Assembly: GCA_949290565.1 (NCBI GenBank)
Contig: CASESH010000022.1
Span: 9-64,008 of the forward strand
Length of the DNA stretch: 64,000 bases
Reading direction: 5' to 3'
From: an uncultured Christensenella sp.
GTDB lineage: Bacteria; Bacillota; Clostridia; Christensenellales; UBA1242
Position 1 is the first letter of the stretch, and every line of letters begins with the position of its first letter. The position numbers and the translations under genes are program-made. Positions 21,074 through 31,000 of the stretch are shown here, one piece after another. Under the pieces are notes generated by a model. That model saw only the letters and a program-made list of their open reading frames with translations, was not told where the DNA came from and ran no database searches.

Positions 21074-21631
21074 ATGAAAAATCAAGTTTATATTAGATGC
21101 CCTAGATGTGAGTTAAACTATATATTAAAAAAAGATAAGTACTGTAATGTTTGTAAAATGGAGATGCAGGCCTTAGGTACTTCTGGTGCTGATGAAAATT
21201 TAGATTTGGAACTTTGCCCAATTTGCAAATCTAATTATATTAATCCTGATGAAGATATGTGTCCAATTTGCAAAAAAGAGAACGAAGATGACCAAGAAAA
21301 TGTAGAGAAGAATGATTCTATATGGAATACCTACACTTCTTTGGATGAAGAAGATGAAGGTGATGAGTCTTATGATTCTAAGATTAATGATGATATGGAT
21401 GAAATGTCAGATTTTGATGATGTTCTTGTTGATGGAGATGATATGAATATCAATCTTGAAGATGAGGATAATGATGTCTTTGGAGATTTAGATGAAGAAG
21501 ACTCAGATTTAGATTCTTATGATGATTTAGATGATGAAGATGATTCTGATGATGATTCTGATGATGATTATGAAGATGACGATGATGAAGATGAAGATGA
21601 GGAAGAACCTTCTTCTAAAAAAAGAAAATAA
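21074..21631 (+). CDS. double zinc-ribbon protein with a long polyacidic C-terminal tail
   Basis: Start moved to the ATG at 21074, which follows GGAG. There are four CxxC pairs (CPRC..CNVC, CPIC..CPIC). A tail of about 100 aa is almost entirely D/E and ends in KKRK. Confidence 0.7.
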   Translation: MKNQVYIRCPRCELNYILKKDKYCNVCKMEMQALGTSGADENLDLELCPICKSNYINPDEDMCPICKKENEDDQENVEKNDSIWNTYTSLDEEDEGDESYDSKINDDMDEMSDFDDVLVDGDDMNINLEDEDNDVFGDLDEEDSDLDSYDDLDDEDDSDDDSDDDYEDDDDEDEDEEEPSSKKRK

Positions 21632-21810
21632 TATCTAGTTTAAATATAATCTTTTTGTGTAATAATTATTATTAATTATACCATAAATTTTAACAAAGAG
21701 GTTTTTAATTAAAATGGTAAATTAATAAAAATGTGTAAATACAAAATTATAAATAAAATTATAATTTTGTAAATGGTTTGATTAACTTACACTATTCAAA
21801 GGAGATTATT

Positions 21811-22050
21811 ATGCGAAAAGGTATTTTAAACTTAAATCAAATTAAGGATAAAATCTTGTCTATTAAAGGAAAAAATATAGATATTTCAATAAATAGAGGT
21901 CGAAAAAAAATTGATAATTATCTAGGAATTATTGAAAATATTTATCCCTCTGTTTTTACGGTAAAAATCTTAAATGATGAGCAATTAAAAAATGTTACTT
22001 GTTCATATTCGGATGTTCTTTGTGGAGATGTCAAGATAGAAGAAAAATAA
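21811..22050 (+). CDS. veg: Veg protein
   Basis: Start at 21811 after AAAGGAG. The motif IKGKNIDISINRGRKKIDNYLGIIENIYPSVFTVKI...SYSDVLCGDVKI matches the Veg family. Confidence 0.85.
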   Translation: MRKGILNLNQIKDKILSIKGKNIDISINRGRKKIDNYLGIIENIYPSVFTVKILNDEQLKNVTCSYSDVLCGDVKIEEK

Positions 22051-22078
22051 ATTTTAAAAAAAATATCATAAAAATAAG

Positions 22079-22123
22079 AATTGCTTTATATTCATATAAC
22101 AAATGGATTAAGCAATTTTTTTA
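22079..22123 (+). terminator. terminator-like hairpin after veg
   Basis: AATTGCTT (22079-22086) pairs with AAGCAATT (22110-22117), followed by a T-run. The loop is large at 23 nt. Confidence 0.4.
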
Positions 22124-22148
22124 TTGCTTTGTTTAAGGGGGTATTAAT

Positions 22149-23669
22149 TTGGAAAATTTAGAAAAACTTGATGTCGCAACAAAAAATCATCTTGGTAGTA
22201 CTCAATTGAAAAATTCTTTGGAAATTACTAATGTTGAAGATAATACAATTACCAAAGTATTAACAGTTTGTGCTAATCCTATTGTGGAAAATATTTCAGT
22301 TTCTAATGGAGAAGTAACTTTTGATGGAAATGTTATTTATGATTTGCTTGTGGTTTTAGATAATAACGAAATAAAGCCAATAACTGAAAAATCTAAGTTC
22401 TCATCTGTTTTTGAGAATAAAGACATTTCACCTGATAGTTTAGTTTCGGTAATTCCTAACTTAGTAGATTTAAGTAGTTCAAATTCAAAAAATGGAGAAT
22501 TTACATTTAACTCAATTATAGACTTTGAATTTATATTAACTTCTAAGGATAATGAAATTAGTTGTGCTGTTGCTAAGGAAGATGTTTTTTGTAGGGAAGA
22601 AGAAATAGAATATTTTAGTCTTATTAATAATTGTGAATATGATTTTATAGTAAGTTTTGATTTGCAAAAGGATAGTAAAATTAATAAAATTCTTTGTGTT
22701 AAAAATTTTGCAACTATTAAGTCTATAATGCCAAATATTGATTATTTTGTAGTTAGTGGTGAGATTTATTCAACTGTTGTATATTGTACTGAAGATGGTG
22801 TTATAAAATGTATGGTAAAAGAAAATTCATTTTCTGAGGAGATAGAAGCAAAAGGTGTTGATAAAGATACTATTTTACAAGGAAAGGTTGTACTTAAAGA
22901 GGCAGTTGTAAGAGAAAATGATGATAACTCCAAATTTGTAATTGAAATTCCTGCAATGATTTATGTTCAGGCATTTTCAAAAAATATAAGAAATTGCATA
23001 TGTGATGCATATAGTACAAAATTTGACATTAATTTAACAACTTCCTCTTTTATTCAAGATGAATTTGTTTCAACTAAGCAAATTGAAGAAAATGTTTTAA
23101 CAAATTTTTCTCTTACTCAGGAAATGTCAAGAATAGATAAAATTTTAGCAGTTATTCCTACAAATATAAGAACAGTAAACCAAGTAGTAAAAGATAATGA
23201 GTTGCTATTAGATGGAATTGGCTCTATTAATATTATTTATTACGCAGAAGACGATGATGGTAATAATGAATTAAATTCTGTTGATGTTGATTTCCCATTT
23301 TCTTTATCTATTCAGTTAAATCCTCTATCAGAAAATTCAAATATTGTATCTAGTGTTATTTTTGGGGATATTAATGTTAAAAGTAAGCATGGAAAAGAAT
23401 TGGAAATTTTGGCAGAAGTTAAACTTAATTTTAATGTCACAAATCAAAATGTTTTATCAATTACAACTGAATTAGTTGTTGGAGATGAAAAACCTCAAAG
23501 AGATTATGCCTTAGAAATTTATGTTGCTAAATCAACTCAAACATTATTTGATATAGGAAAAGAACTAAATATATCTGTAAATGAATTAGTTAATCAAAAT
23601 AAGGATATTTCTTTACCATTAAATGATGGAGATAAAATTGTTGCTTACAATAAGTTAGAAAATGATTAA
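22149..23669 (+). CDS. DUF3794/SPOCS-type protein with C-terminal LysM domain (SipL/SafA-like spore coat morphogenetic candidate)
   Basis: TTG start after AAGGGGG. The C-terminal LysM motif is YVAKSTQTLFDIGKELNISVNELVNQNKDISLPLNDGDKIVAY. Size and architecture resemble clostridial SipL, as recalled from memory. Confidence 0.55.
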   Translation: MENLEKLDVATKNHLGSTQLKNSLEITNVEDNTITKVLTVCANPIVENISVSNGEVTFDGNVIYDLLVVLDNNEIKPITEKSKFSSVFENKDISPDSLVSVIPNLVDLSSSNSKNGEFTFNSIIDFEFILTSKDNEISCAVAKEDVFCREEEIEYFSLINNCEYDFIVSFDLQKDSKINKILCVKNFATIKSIMPNIDYFVVSGEIYSTVVYCTEDGVIKCMVKENSFSEEIEAKGVDKDTILQGKVVLKEAVVRENDDNSKFVIEIPAMIYVQAFSKNIRNCICDAYSTKFDINLTTSSFIQDEFVSTKQIEENVLTNFSLTQEMSRIDKILAVIPTNIRTVNQVVKDNELLLDGIGSINIIYYAEDDDGNNELNSVDVDFPFSLSIQLNPLSENSNIVSSVIFGDINVKSKHGKELEILAEVKLNFNVTNQNVLSITTELVVGDEKPQRDYALEIYVAKSTQTLFDIGKELNISVNELVNQNKDISLPLNDGDKIVAYNKLEND

Positions 23670-23780
23670 TGAGAAATAAAGTTTTTATAGTTCAGTTAGG
23701 TTGTGATTTGTAAATTATATAAAAATTTGTGTATAAATTAAAAATATGGTAAATAATTGTTTCATAAAGGATTACATATT

Positions 23781-24302
23781 ATGAAAAGATTAATTGCCAT
23801 ATTTTTTTTAATTTTAATTGTTGTAGTTGCATTTTTATTTGGAATTGATAATAAGGATTATCATAAGGAATATTTAAGAATACATATCAGAGCAAATAGC
23901 AATTCAAGCATTGATCAAACTATAAAATATAAGATTAAAGATAGTGTTGTTGATTATTTGACACCTATTATTTCTAATTGCAAAGTCAAAAAAGATTTTA
24001 AAAAGAAATTAAATGAAAATTTAATTAATATTACTTGTATAGTAGATACAATTCTTGCACAAAATAATTTTGATTACAAGAGTTCGGCGCAAATAAGAAA
24101 TGAGTATTTTCCTGTTAGAAGTTATGAAGACTTAACTTTGGAAAGTGGCTATTATGATGCTTTGGTAATCAATTTAGGTAGTGGAGAAGGTGATAATTGG
24201 TGGTGCGTTGTTTATCCTCCATTATGTTTTATTAATTCTAATGCTGGTTACATTTACAAGAGCCGAATTATTGAAATTATAAATAAATTTTTTGGAGGTT
24301 AA
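23781..24302 (+). CDS. spoIIR: stage II sporulation protein R
   Basis: Signal-anchor followed by YLRIHIRANSNS..DQ..K (the LRxHVxANSD motif) and NWWCVVYPPLCF, both typical of SpoIIR. Start taken at the ATG at 23781. Confidence 0.85.
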   Translation: MKRLIAIFFLILIVVVAFLFGIDNKDYHKEYLRIHIRANSNSSIDQTIKYKIKDSVVDYLTPIISNCKVKKDFKKKLNENLINITCIVDTILAQNNFDYKSSAQIRNEYFPVRSYEDLTLESGYYDALVINLGSGEGDNWWCVVYPPLCFINSNAGYIYKSRIIEIINKFFGG

Positions 24303-24974
24303 ATGAAAAAGTATTTAGTAGTATTAAGTTTTTGTTTGTTACTAATTATTGGAATGTCTTATATAGTAACAGGTTATTTTTTACCTAAAAATGAACCCGT
24401 TGTTATGTACACAGCAACTAGTTCAGAGAATAAGGTAATTCAACAAAAATTAAAAAATTTGGGTTATTATAAAGGAAACATTGATGGTATTTTAGGACCA
24501 CTTAGTCTTACTGCAATTAAGAATTTCCAAAGAGATAATGGACTAGCGGTTGATGGTATTGTAGGCCCTAAAACTGCCGCTAAACTTGGGATTTCTACCA
24601 ACTTAAATGCTTCAACAGTTTCTTCAAGCGATTTGTATTTACTTGCAAAATGTGTTTATGCCGAGTCAAGAGGGGAACCTTATGTTGGACAAGTTGCCGT
24701 TGCTGCCGTAATTTTAAATAGAGTAAAGAGTTCAGAATTTCCTAATACTATTGCAGGAGTAATTTATCAACCTTATGCTTTTACTGCTGTAACTGATGGG
24801 CAAATTAATTTAGAACCTGATCAAACTGCATATAATGCTGCAAAAGATGCTCTTAATGGTTGGGATCCTACTTATGGTTGTTTGTTTTACTATAATCCTG
24901 CAATAGCAACTAGTTCGTGGATTTATTCAAGACAGGTCGTCGTAACAATTGGAGACCATGTCTTTGCACTATAA
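24303..24974 (+). CDS. sleB: spore cortex-lytic enzyme SleB-like (PG-binding domain plus Hydrolase_2)
   Basis: PG_binding_1 repeat (LGYYKGNIDGILGP...FQRDNGLAVDGIVGPKT) and the SleB/CwlJ catalytic region (AESRGEPYVGQVAVAAVILNRV...FPNTIAGVIYQPYAFTAV). The ATG directly abuts the spoIIR stop. Confidence 0.85.
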   Translation: MKKYLVVLSFCLLLIIGMSYIVTGYFLPKNEPVVMYTATSSENKVIQQKLKNLGYYKGNIDGILGPLSLTAIKNFQRDNGLAVDGIVGPKTAAKLGISTNLNASTVSSSDLYLLAKCVYAESRGEPYVGQVAVAAVILNRVKSSEFPNTIAGVIYQPYAFTAVTDGQINLEPDQTAYNAAKDALNGWDPTYGCLFYYNPAIATSSWIYSRQVVVTIGDHVFAL

Positions 24975-24993
24975 AAGGAGATATGTATAAATT

Positions 24994-26391
24994 ATGAAAA
25001 AAGCATTTATTGTAACCGTTTCTATTTTGACTGCCGTTATCATCGTTATGGGAATATTTTTATATAATGCATCAGTAGGATTAACTTCTACAACAGCAAG
25101 TTTGGAAAATTTATATCAAAGGTCTTTTTATGACTTGGTAAATAATGTAAACAATATGGAAGTGGAGGTTAGTAAATTAATGGTTTCTAATGACTCTATT
25201 TCTCAGCAAAAAATTCTTAGTAATTTAAAACAACAAACTAGTGACGCCGAAAATTCACTTAGTTTATTGCCAATTGACATTAAAGTTCTTAATGAAGCGA
25301 CTAAATTTATTAATAAATTAAATGGATATTGTACATCTCTTATTAATTATCAAGACGGAAAAGTAGGAGAGGAGGAATATTCAACAATTAATCAAGTTCA
25401 TCAAAGTTTAATATCTATTAAAAATGAGTTAAACAATATTATGATTAAAATTATGAACGGATATAGAATTTCAGATAATGTTGGAGATGGAACTGAAACA
25501 AGCAATTTTTCATCTATTTTCTCTAATTTTACTAGTGATACAATTGATTTCCCAACTCTAATTTATGATGGACCTTTTTCAGAAATAACAACTACAAGAG
25601 TTTTAAAGGGAGTTGGTAAAGAAGAAGTTTCTTTGGAAAATGCAGAGAAAAAAATACAAGAGCTCTTTGGAGATAGCATTACTGATTTAAATTATTTAGG
25701 AGAAACTTCATCTGTAATTCAAGCCTACGATTTTAGTGTAAATGCAGGTGGAAGAAATTATTATATTCAAATCACTAAACAGGGTGGATTTTTAATCAAT
25801 ATGAACGGCAATATTAATAATTCTAATAGTACGAAAAACAAAACTGATTTACAATCAAAAGAAAATAGTACCGATACTGAGGAAAGTATTGACATTGACA
25901 GTGTTGATAATGTTAATGAAAAAGTTAAGGTAGCAATTGAGAAGGCAAAAGAATTTGCAAAGAATCAGGGTTTAGATAATATGGAATGTGTATGGAGTGC
26001 TTCATCAGAAAGTATTTCATATGTTAATCTTGCTCCTATGGTTGATGATATCATTATGTATCCAGACCTAATTAAAGCAAAAATTGACTTAAATGATAAT
26101 ATAGTAATTGGTTGGGAGGCTTCCTCATACGCTTTTAATCATGTAGAGAGAGAAGATTTAATTGCACAACTTTCATTAAGTGAAGCAAGAAAACTTGTTA
26201 GCAACAATCTAACAATTGAAAACGAAAGACTTTGTGTTATTCCGCTTGATTTTAAAGGTGAAACACTCGCATACGAGTTTTCTGGTAATTATCAAGGCTT
26301 CAAGTATTACTTGTATATTGATGCTTATACAGGTAATCAAGTTAGAGTGTTAAGAATTATTCAAACAGACCAAGGTGAGTTAGTAATGTAA
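24994..26391 (+). CDS. ypeB: germination protein YpeB
   Basis: N-terminal TM segment, an LENLYQRSFYDL... region and C-terminal PepSY-like repeats. The gene follows sleB, as in the canonical sleB-ypeB pair. Confidence 0.8.
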   Translation: MKKAFIVTVSILTAVIIVMGIFLYNASVGLTSTTASLENLYQRSFYDLVNNVNNMEVEVSKLMVSNDSISQQKILSNLKQQTSDAENSLSLLPIDIKVLNEATKFINKLNGYCTSLINYQDGKVGEEEYSTINQVHQSLISIKNELNNIMIKIMNGYRISDNVGDGTETSNFSSIFSNFTSDTIDFPTLIYDGPFSEITTTRVLKGVGKEEVSLENAEKKIQELFGDSITDLNYLGETSSVIQAYDFSVNAGGRNYYIQITKQGGFLINMNGNINNSNSTKNKTDLQSKENSTDTEESIDIDSVDNVNEKVKVAIEKAKEFAKNQGLDNMECVWSASSESISYVNLAPMVDDIIMYPDLIKAKIDLNDNIVIGWEASSYAFNHVEREDLIAQLSLSEARKLVSNNLTIENERLCVIPLDFKGETLAYEFSGNYQGFKYYLYIDAYTGNQVRVLRIIQTDQGELVM

Positions 26392-26410
26392 GTTTAATCT
26401 ATTGTTTGAA

Positions 26411-26442
26411 AAAAAAGTATAGTATTATGCTATACTTTTTTT
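26411..26442 (+). terminator. intrinsic terminator after ypeB
   Basis: AGTATAG pairs with CTATACT, extended by flanking A and T runs (26411-26442). Confidence 0.65.
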
Positions 26443-26524
26443 ATATTAAACTTATTAAAAAGTTAGTTCTTTACAAAACTTTAATTTTAGATTATAATGT
26501 TTTTTGTAGAAAAAAGGGGAAAGA

Positions 26525-28048
26525 ATGAAAAATATTGAAAACTTTACTTTAAACTTTATGAATATTCATGAATTAAGGGATTTAGCAAGGTTTGTTGGAG
26601 TGGAAACTCCAACTATGTATGATAAAGATGAATTAATTAAACAGATTAAGATACAACGTGCTAAAAATGAAAAAGTTGAAGATTCTAAACCTCGTAGAGG
26701 CAGACCTCCGAAAAACAAATATGAAGAAACTTTTAATTCAAAAGATGGGAATTGGATATTAGAGGAATTAAAAAAGAAAGCGTTAAAAAAAATAGAGAGG
26801 ATGCAGAAATCTAAAAATAATAAAAAATTAAAAGAAATAGAAGAACGTGAAAACTTTAATCTTGAAGAATATTTTGCTCAACAAAAAATTGATGAGGAGC
26901 AAAAAATTCACGATGAACAAAATTATAAAGCAGAAAATACAATATTAAATGAGAATGATAATATTAATCATAATGAGACTAATTTAAATGTTGATATTAA
27001 AGAACAAGAAGATTCAACAATAGTTATTGAAAATGATAATCAGAAAAAAAATAAAGATAATGATAATACACAAACTGATGAAGATGACGAAGAACTTGAA
27101 GATGCAAAATTTATAAAAGAAACAAGATATAAAACTTTTACTGATGACCAATTATTAACACAAAACATTTATCATGATGATGCACTTTTAGATGAAATGT
27201 TGTTAAAACCGGAGGTAACATTAAATACTTCTAGTACTGAATTTGATGAGATGCCTAATGATACTTATCAAGCGGCAGGTTATTTTAAATCTTTTGGCTT
27301 AAATAGGTATTTTGTTTTTTGTGATGATAAATATGACTTAGAGGAGGCAATATTAGTTCCTAAGAACATTGTTGCAAAATATAACTTTCGTACAGGAGAT
27401 TATATTGAATTTTACTATAAGTTATATTTAGGTGTTGGTTTAAAATTCTTATATAAAGTGATTAATAAATCTGATTTTGTAAATCAATCTGAATATGAAA
27501 ATTTAAGTAAATTTAAGAAAGAGAATGTTCTTTTAGATATAGATGAATCTACTTCTCCAATAATAGAGGGTACAAATAATATAATAGTTGCAAAGACAAA
27601 AAATGAGTATAAGAATTTATTTGATAAATTAAAAAAATCTGATAAATTAATTGAATTAGTGCAGTTGTCTATCGGAGTTGTTAATCAAAATTTTAATATA
27701 GGGAAAAATTTTTTTTATACTGAGATTGGAGAAAGCAATAGTAAAGTTTATTTTATTATAGAAATGGCATTGGAATGTGTTAAAAGATATGTTGAAAAGG
27801 GTAGAAAGGTAATTTTAATAGTAAATGAATTAAGCCTTTTCTTAGAATACCTTAAACAAAAATATTTAGTAGATAATGAAATTTCTAAGGATATTGATGC
27901 TTTTGAAAGTTTCTTTGATATGATAAATATATATGAAAATGGTGCTAGTGTTACGCTTTGTTCATTAGTCCAAGAAGGAATAAATGATTTAAAGGATATG
28001 CCTAAAAGTTTAATAAATAGTTTTTCAATTAACGTTTTAAAAAGTTAA
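26525..28048 (+). CDS. Rho-like protein with Rho_N and OB/CSD regions but degenerate, truncated ATPase domain
   Basis: Rho_N-like MNIHELRDLARFVGVETPTMYDKDELIKQI. A K/E/N/D-rich insert of about 200 aa follows. The CSD-like region is AILVPKNIVAKYNFRTGDYI (compare Rho IYISASQIRRFDLRNGDKV). The P-loop position reads IIVAKTKNEYK instead of APPKAGKT. The Walker B region reads VILIVNELS instead of LMDSIT. Confidence 0.65.
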   Translation: MKNIENFTLNFMNIHELRDLARFVGVETPTMYDKDELIKQIKIQRAKNEKVEDSKPRRGRPPKNKYEETFNSKDGNWILEELKKKALKKIERMQKSKNNKKLKEIEERENFNLEEYFAQQKIDEEQKIHDEQNYKAENTILNENDNINHNETNLNVDIKEQEDSTIVIENDNQKKNKDNDNTQTDEDDEELEDAKFIKETRYKTFTDDQLLTQNIYHDDALLDEMLLKPEVTLNTSSTEFDEMPNDTYQAAGYFKSFGLNRYFVFCDDKYDLEEAILVPKNIVAKYNFRTGDYIEFYYKLYLGVGLKFLYKVINKSDFVNQSEYENLSKFKKENVLLDIDESTSPIIEGTNNIIVAKTKNEYKNLFDKLKKSDKLIELVQLSIGVVNQNFNIGKNFFYTEIGESNSKVYFIIEMALECVKRYVEKGRKVILIVNELSLFLEYLKQKYLVDNEISKDIDAFESFFDMINIYENGASVTLCSLVQEGINDLKDMPKSLINSFSINVLKS

Positions 28049-28086
28049 AAAAAAGAGATAATTAAATTAATTATCTCTTTTTTTAT
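28046..28086. terminator. bidirectional terminator between the Rho-like gene and the giant gene
   Basis: Perfect 10-bp stem AGAGATAATT (28054-28063) / AATTATCTCT (28069-28078), flanked by an A8 run and a T7 run. Confidence 0.8.
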
Positions 28087-28095
28087 TTTGTTATT

Positions 28096-31000
28096 TTATC
28101 TTATTTTCATTTTTGTCCTTAGTTTTATAATAACAATAATAAGTGCAATAAGTGCTAAAACTCCAACTACAATTGCAATAATTGCAAAAGTATTAAGCGG
28201 TTCTACCTTTGTAACTCTAAAACTTGTTATTGTATCACCATTTGCTGTTTTTACTTCGATGAAGTAAGAATATGGTTCTGTTAAAGTGTAAGAATTATTT
28301 GTAGAAATATTTGATTCATCAATATCAATTCTATCAAATAAATAGAAGACATCACTATCGCTATTATAAATCAATATATTAATGTAACATTGTCCAAGTT
28401 GAGAATAAATATATTCTGAGTTAAAAGATAAAACTATATCAGATTTAGATGAATCTCCATATGGAATACTACAAGATATATTTGGTATATAATTACTAAT
28501 TAAGAAAGAAAAAGTTAGTACATCAGTTTCTCTATTTCCATATTTTAATGTAATTGTATATTTACCATTACCACTTTTACTATCATTTGCGTTTATGTTT
28601 AAATAAGCAATTTTATTATTTACCATAAAGTTTTCGGAAATATCTCGACCATCTTTTATAACTTGTAAAATTTCATAACCTTTAACTTCTGAGAATCCAA
28701 AAGCAATACGTGCAGATTTAGTAGATATGATAGTAAAGTTATATATTGCATTATTTAATGATTTGTTGTTGTATTTTCCTTCAATGGTTATTTTATAAGT
28801 GCCAGGGGAAGTAAATAGGAAAACATTATTATTTTGTGAATATTGGGTATTATTAATTCCATTTAGACTTACAGAAATACTTACATCTCTCATTGAATAA
28901 TAGTTGTTATTTAAATAAAACTCATCAATAACTAATTCTAATGAATCATTAAATATTCCGTATTGGATTGGATTATAAAGTTTATTTTGATATCTAATAT
29001 TATAAATAACTTCTGTTAAGATATGAATTCTATATTCATTAGGATTAGAAATGTTAGAGAAAATATGAGTATTTCCAGCAAGGTCTTTAAACATTAAGTT
29101 ATGAGTTCCGGAATTGCTTATAGTAGAATATATTTGCTTTGAAGTTGAGTTTAAAAAATTATTTAAGATTTCATAATCAATATATGTTCCATATCTATCT
29201 AATGCGTAAATATAGTTTCCTTGATTGTACCAATATGTTGAAGCCTGACTTGTTGAGAGCATATTCCAGGATAAATTAAAACTATTTCCGGAAATATTAT
29301 CATTAGTAAGAACAATTTCGCTTTGATTAGCGCCTGTAAGATTAATAATGCTATTTTGGTTATAGTATAGTTTTTGATTAAGTAGATTACTATTTTCTGG
29401 TGTTTTTGTTATTGCAAACAATTTAATGATAGTAGGACCGCTCAAATCATAAACTAAATAAATGGTTGTCCAATAATCGTTTCCTACATTTTCAGGAGTT
29501 GGGTTTTTAGAATTACTATCAACTATATAATAATTTTGTAATATATTATTTTTAAAGCAAAACTCAATAACTTTTAAATCAACATTGCTATTATAAATGA
29601 TTTGTGTATCATATATTGAATAAAAGTGATTTATATTAGTAACGTTAGCATTCCCTTGACCTAAAATATAATTACCTTCATCATCAAAGCCTAAATGATA
29701 AGTAAGAGTTTTGTATTCTGTTTGAGTAGAAATTTGATTTAATAAAAATCCATCATCTTTAAGTGAAGTTAAAGCATTAAATAAAACTTGAAGTATGCTA
29801 GAAGAAGATGAAGATGAATTAAAGTACGCTAGATTATTGGTAGAAGTAGAAGTTAAATCAAAGATTTCATATTTACTATACTGTAATGTTTCATTATTAG
29901 CAGTTATAGTATAAATAGGCAAATCACCAAATTGGATAACAAAGTAAATAGTTCTATAATTTCCAAGTAAACTGTTTTTTAATTCTAATTTATAGTAACC
30001 TTCTTCCATAACTGTGTAATTTCTATTAATTATAGTTGGGGAAGCATATTCTCCTCTGCTATTTTTTAGATAAAGAGTGGCAATAGTAACTTGATTGTCT
30101 TGACTATCATTAAGTATATCATAATCACAATCTGAAATCATACCAAAATCAATAACAACTCTTGAATTTGTTATATGTGATGAAGATTCTTCAAGAGAGG
30201 AGGCAATTTCATCACTAGGGTCGTTGTAATTTAAAAGAGTTATTTCAGGTAACTCGTTAAAAATATTAAATGTTACTTCTTTTTGAAGTGAGTTGTCTGT
30301 AATATCATAGTATCTAACAATATATCTTGTGTTGCCCCCAACTGAATTATTTGCAGGTATATTATCATAAGTATAATTGGAGGTAAGAGTAAAAGTTTTG
30401 CAATTTTCTTTTGCTAAACTAGGTGAAGTTTGCTCATAGTTTGTACCTGAGTACAAAATACCATTAACTTCAACTTTATAAATATTGCCTTCATATGTTA
30501 CCTGTACATTTCCCCCGGTGTAATATGTATTTTCATTTTGCTGAATTTTGTTATACTCAAATGTGTATTCAATGTTAGTATCATTAATTTTATATTCGCC
30601 TACGTATAAGTTATAAGAATAAGGCAATTTGTTATAGTTATCAGTATATACAACTTGATAAATGCCTTTTTGTAAATTTTTTATTGGGTTATTTAGATAA
30701 ACTTCTTCTTTTGTGGAATAAGTATAAATAGTGTTCCATTGTTTTGTTTCAGTTGAATAATTCTTTAAAGTCAAAGAAGTTAAGTAAAGAGTTGATGAAG
30801 CAGAGTAGGTAGGTAATACTAAATTATAAGTTGTCTTATTAGTTTGTAAATCAACAACTTCCACAATTTCGGGAGGATTAAGTTTAGCAGTATTTACATT
30901 AGTTATTATGTTTACGTACTTTGAAATTGTAGGGAAAGAAGAATTATATTTTGAAAGAGTAAAACTAAACCTTCTATCTAATTGCGAAACAAAGAATTGA

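Noticed and set aside
21290-21631. An apparent GAT/GAA-rich DNA tandem repeat.
   Set aside because: It is low-complexity coding sequence for the polyacidic tail, not a regular DNA repeat with a fixed unit.
23731-23757. Sigma-F-like promoter upstream of spoIIR, with GTATA at 23731-23735 and GGTAAATAAT at 23748-23757.
   Set aside because: The spacer is only 12 nt, against the roughly 14-15 nt expected from memory. Such motifs arise easily in AT-rich DNA, so the evidence is too weak to call.
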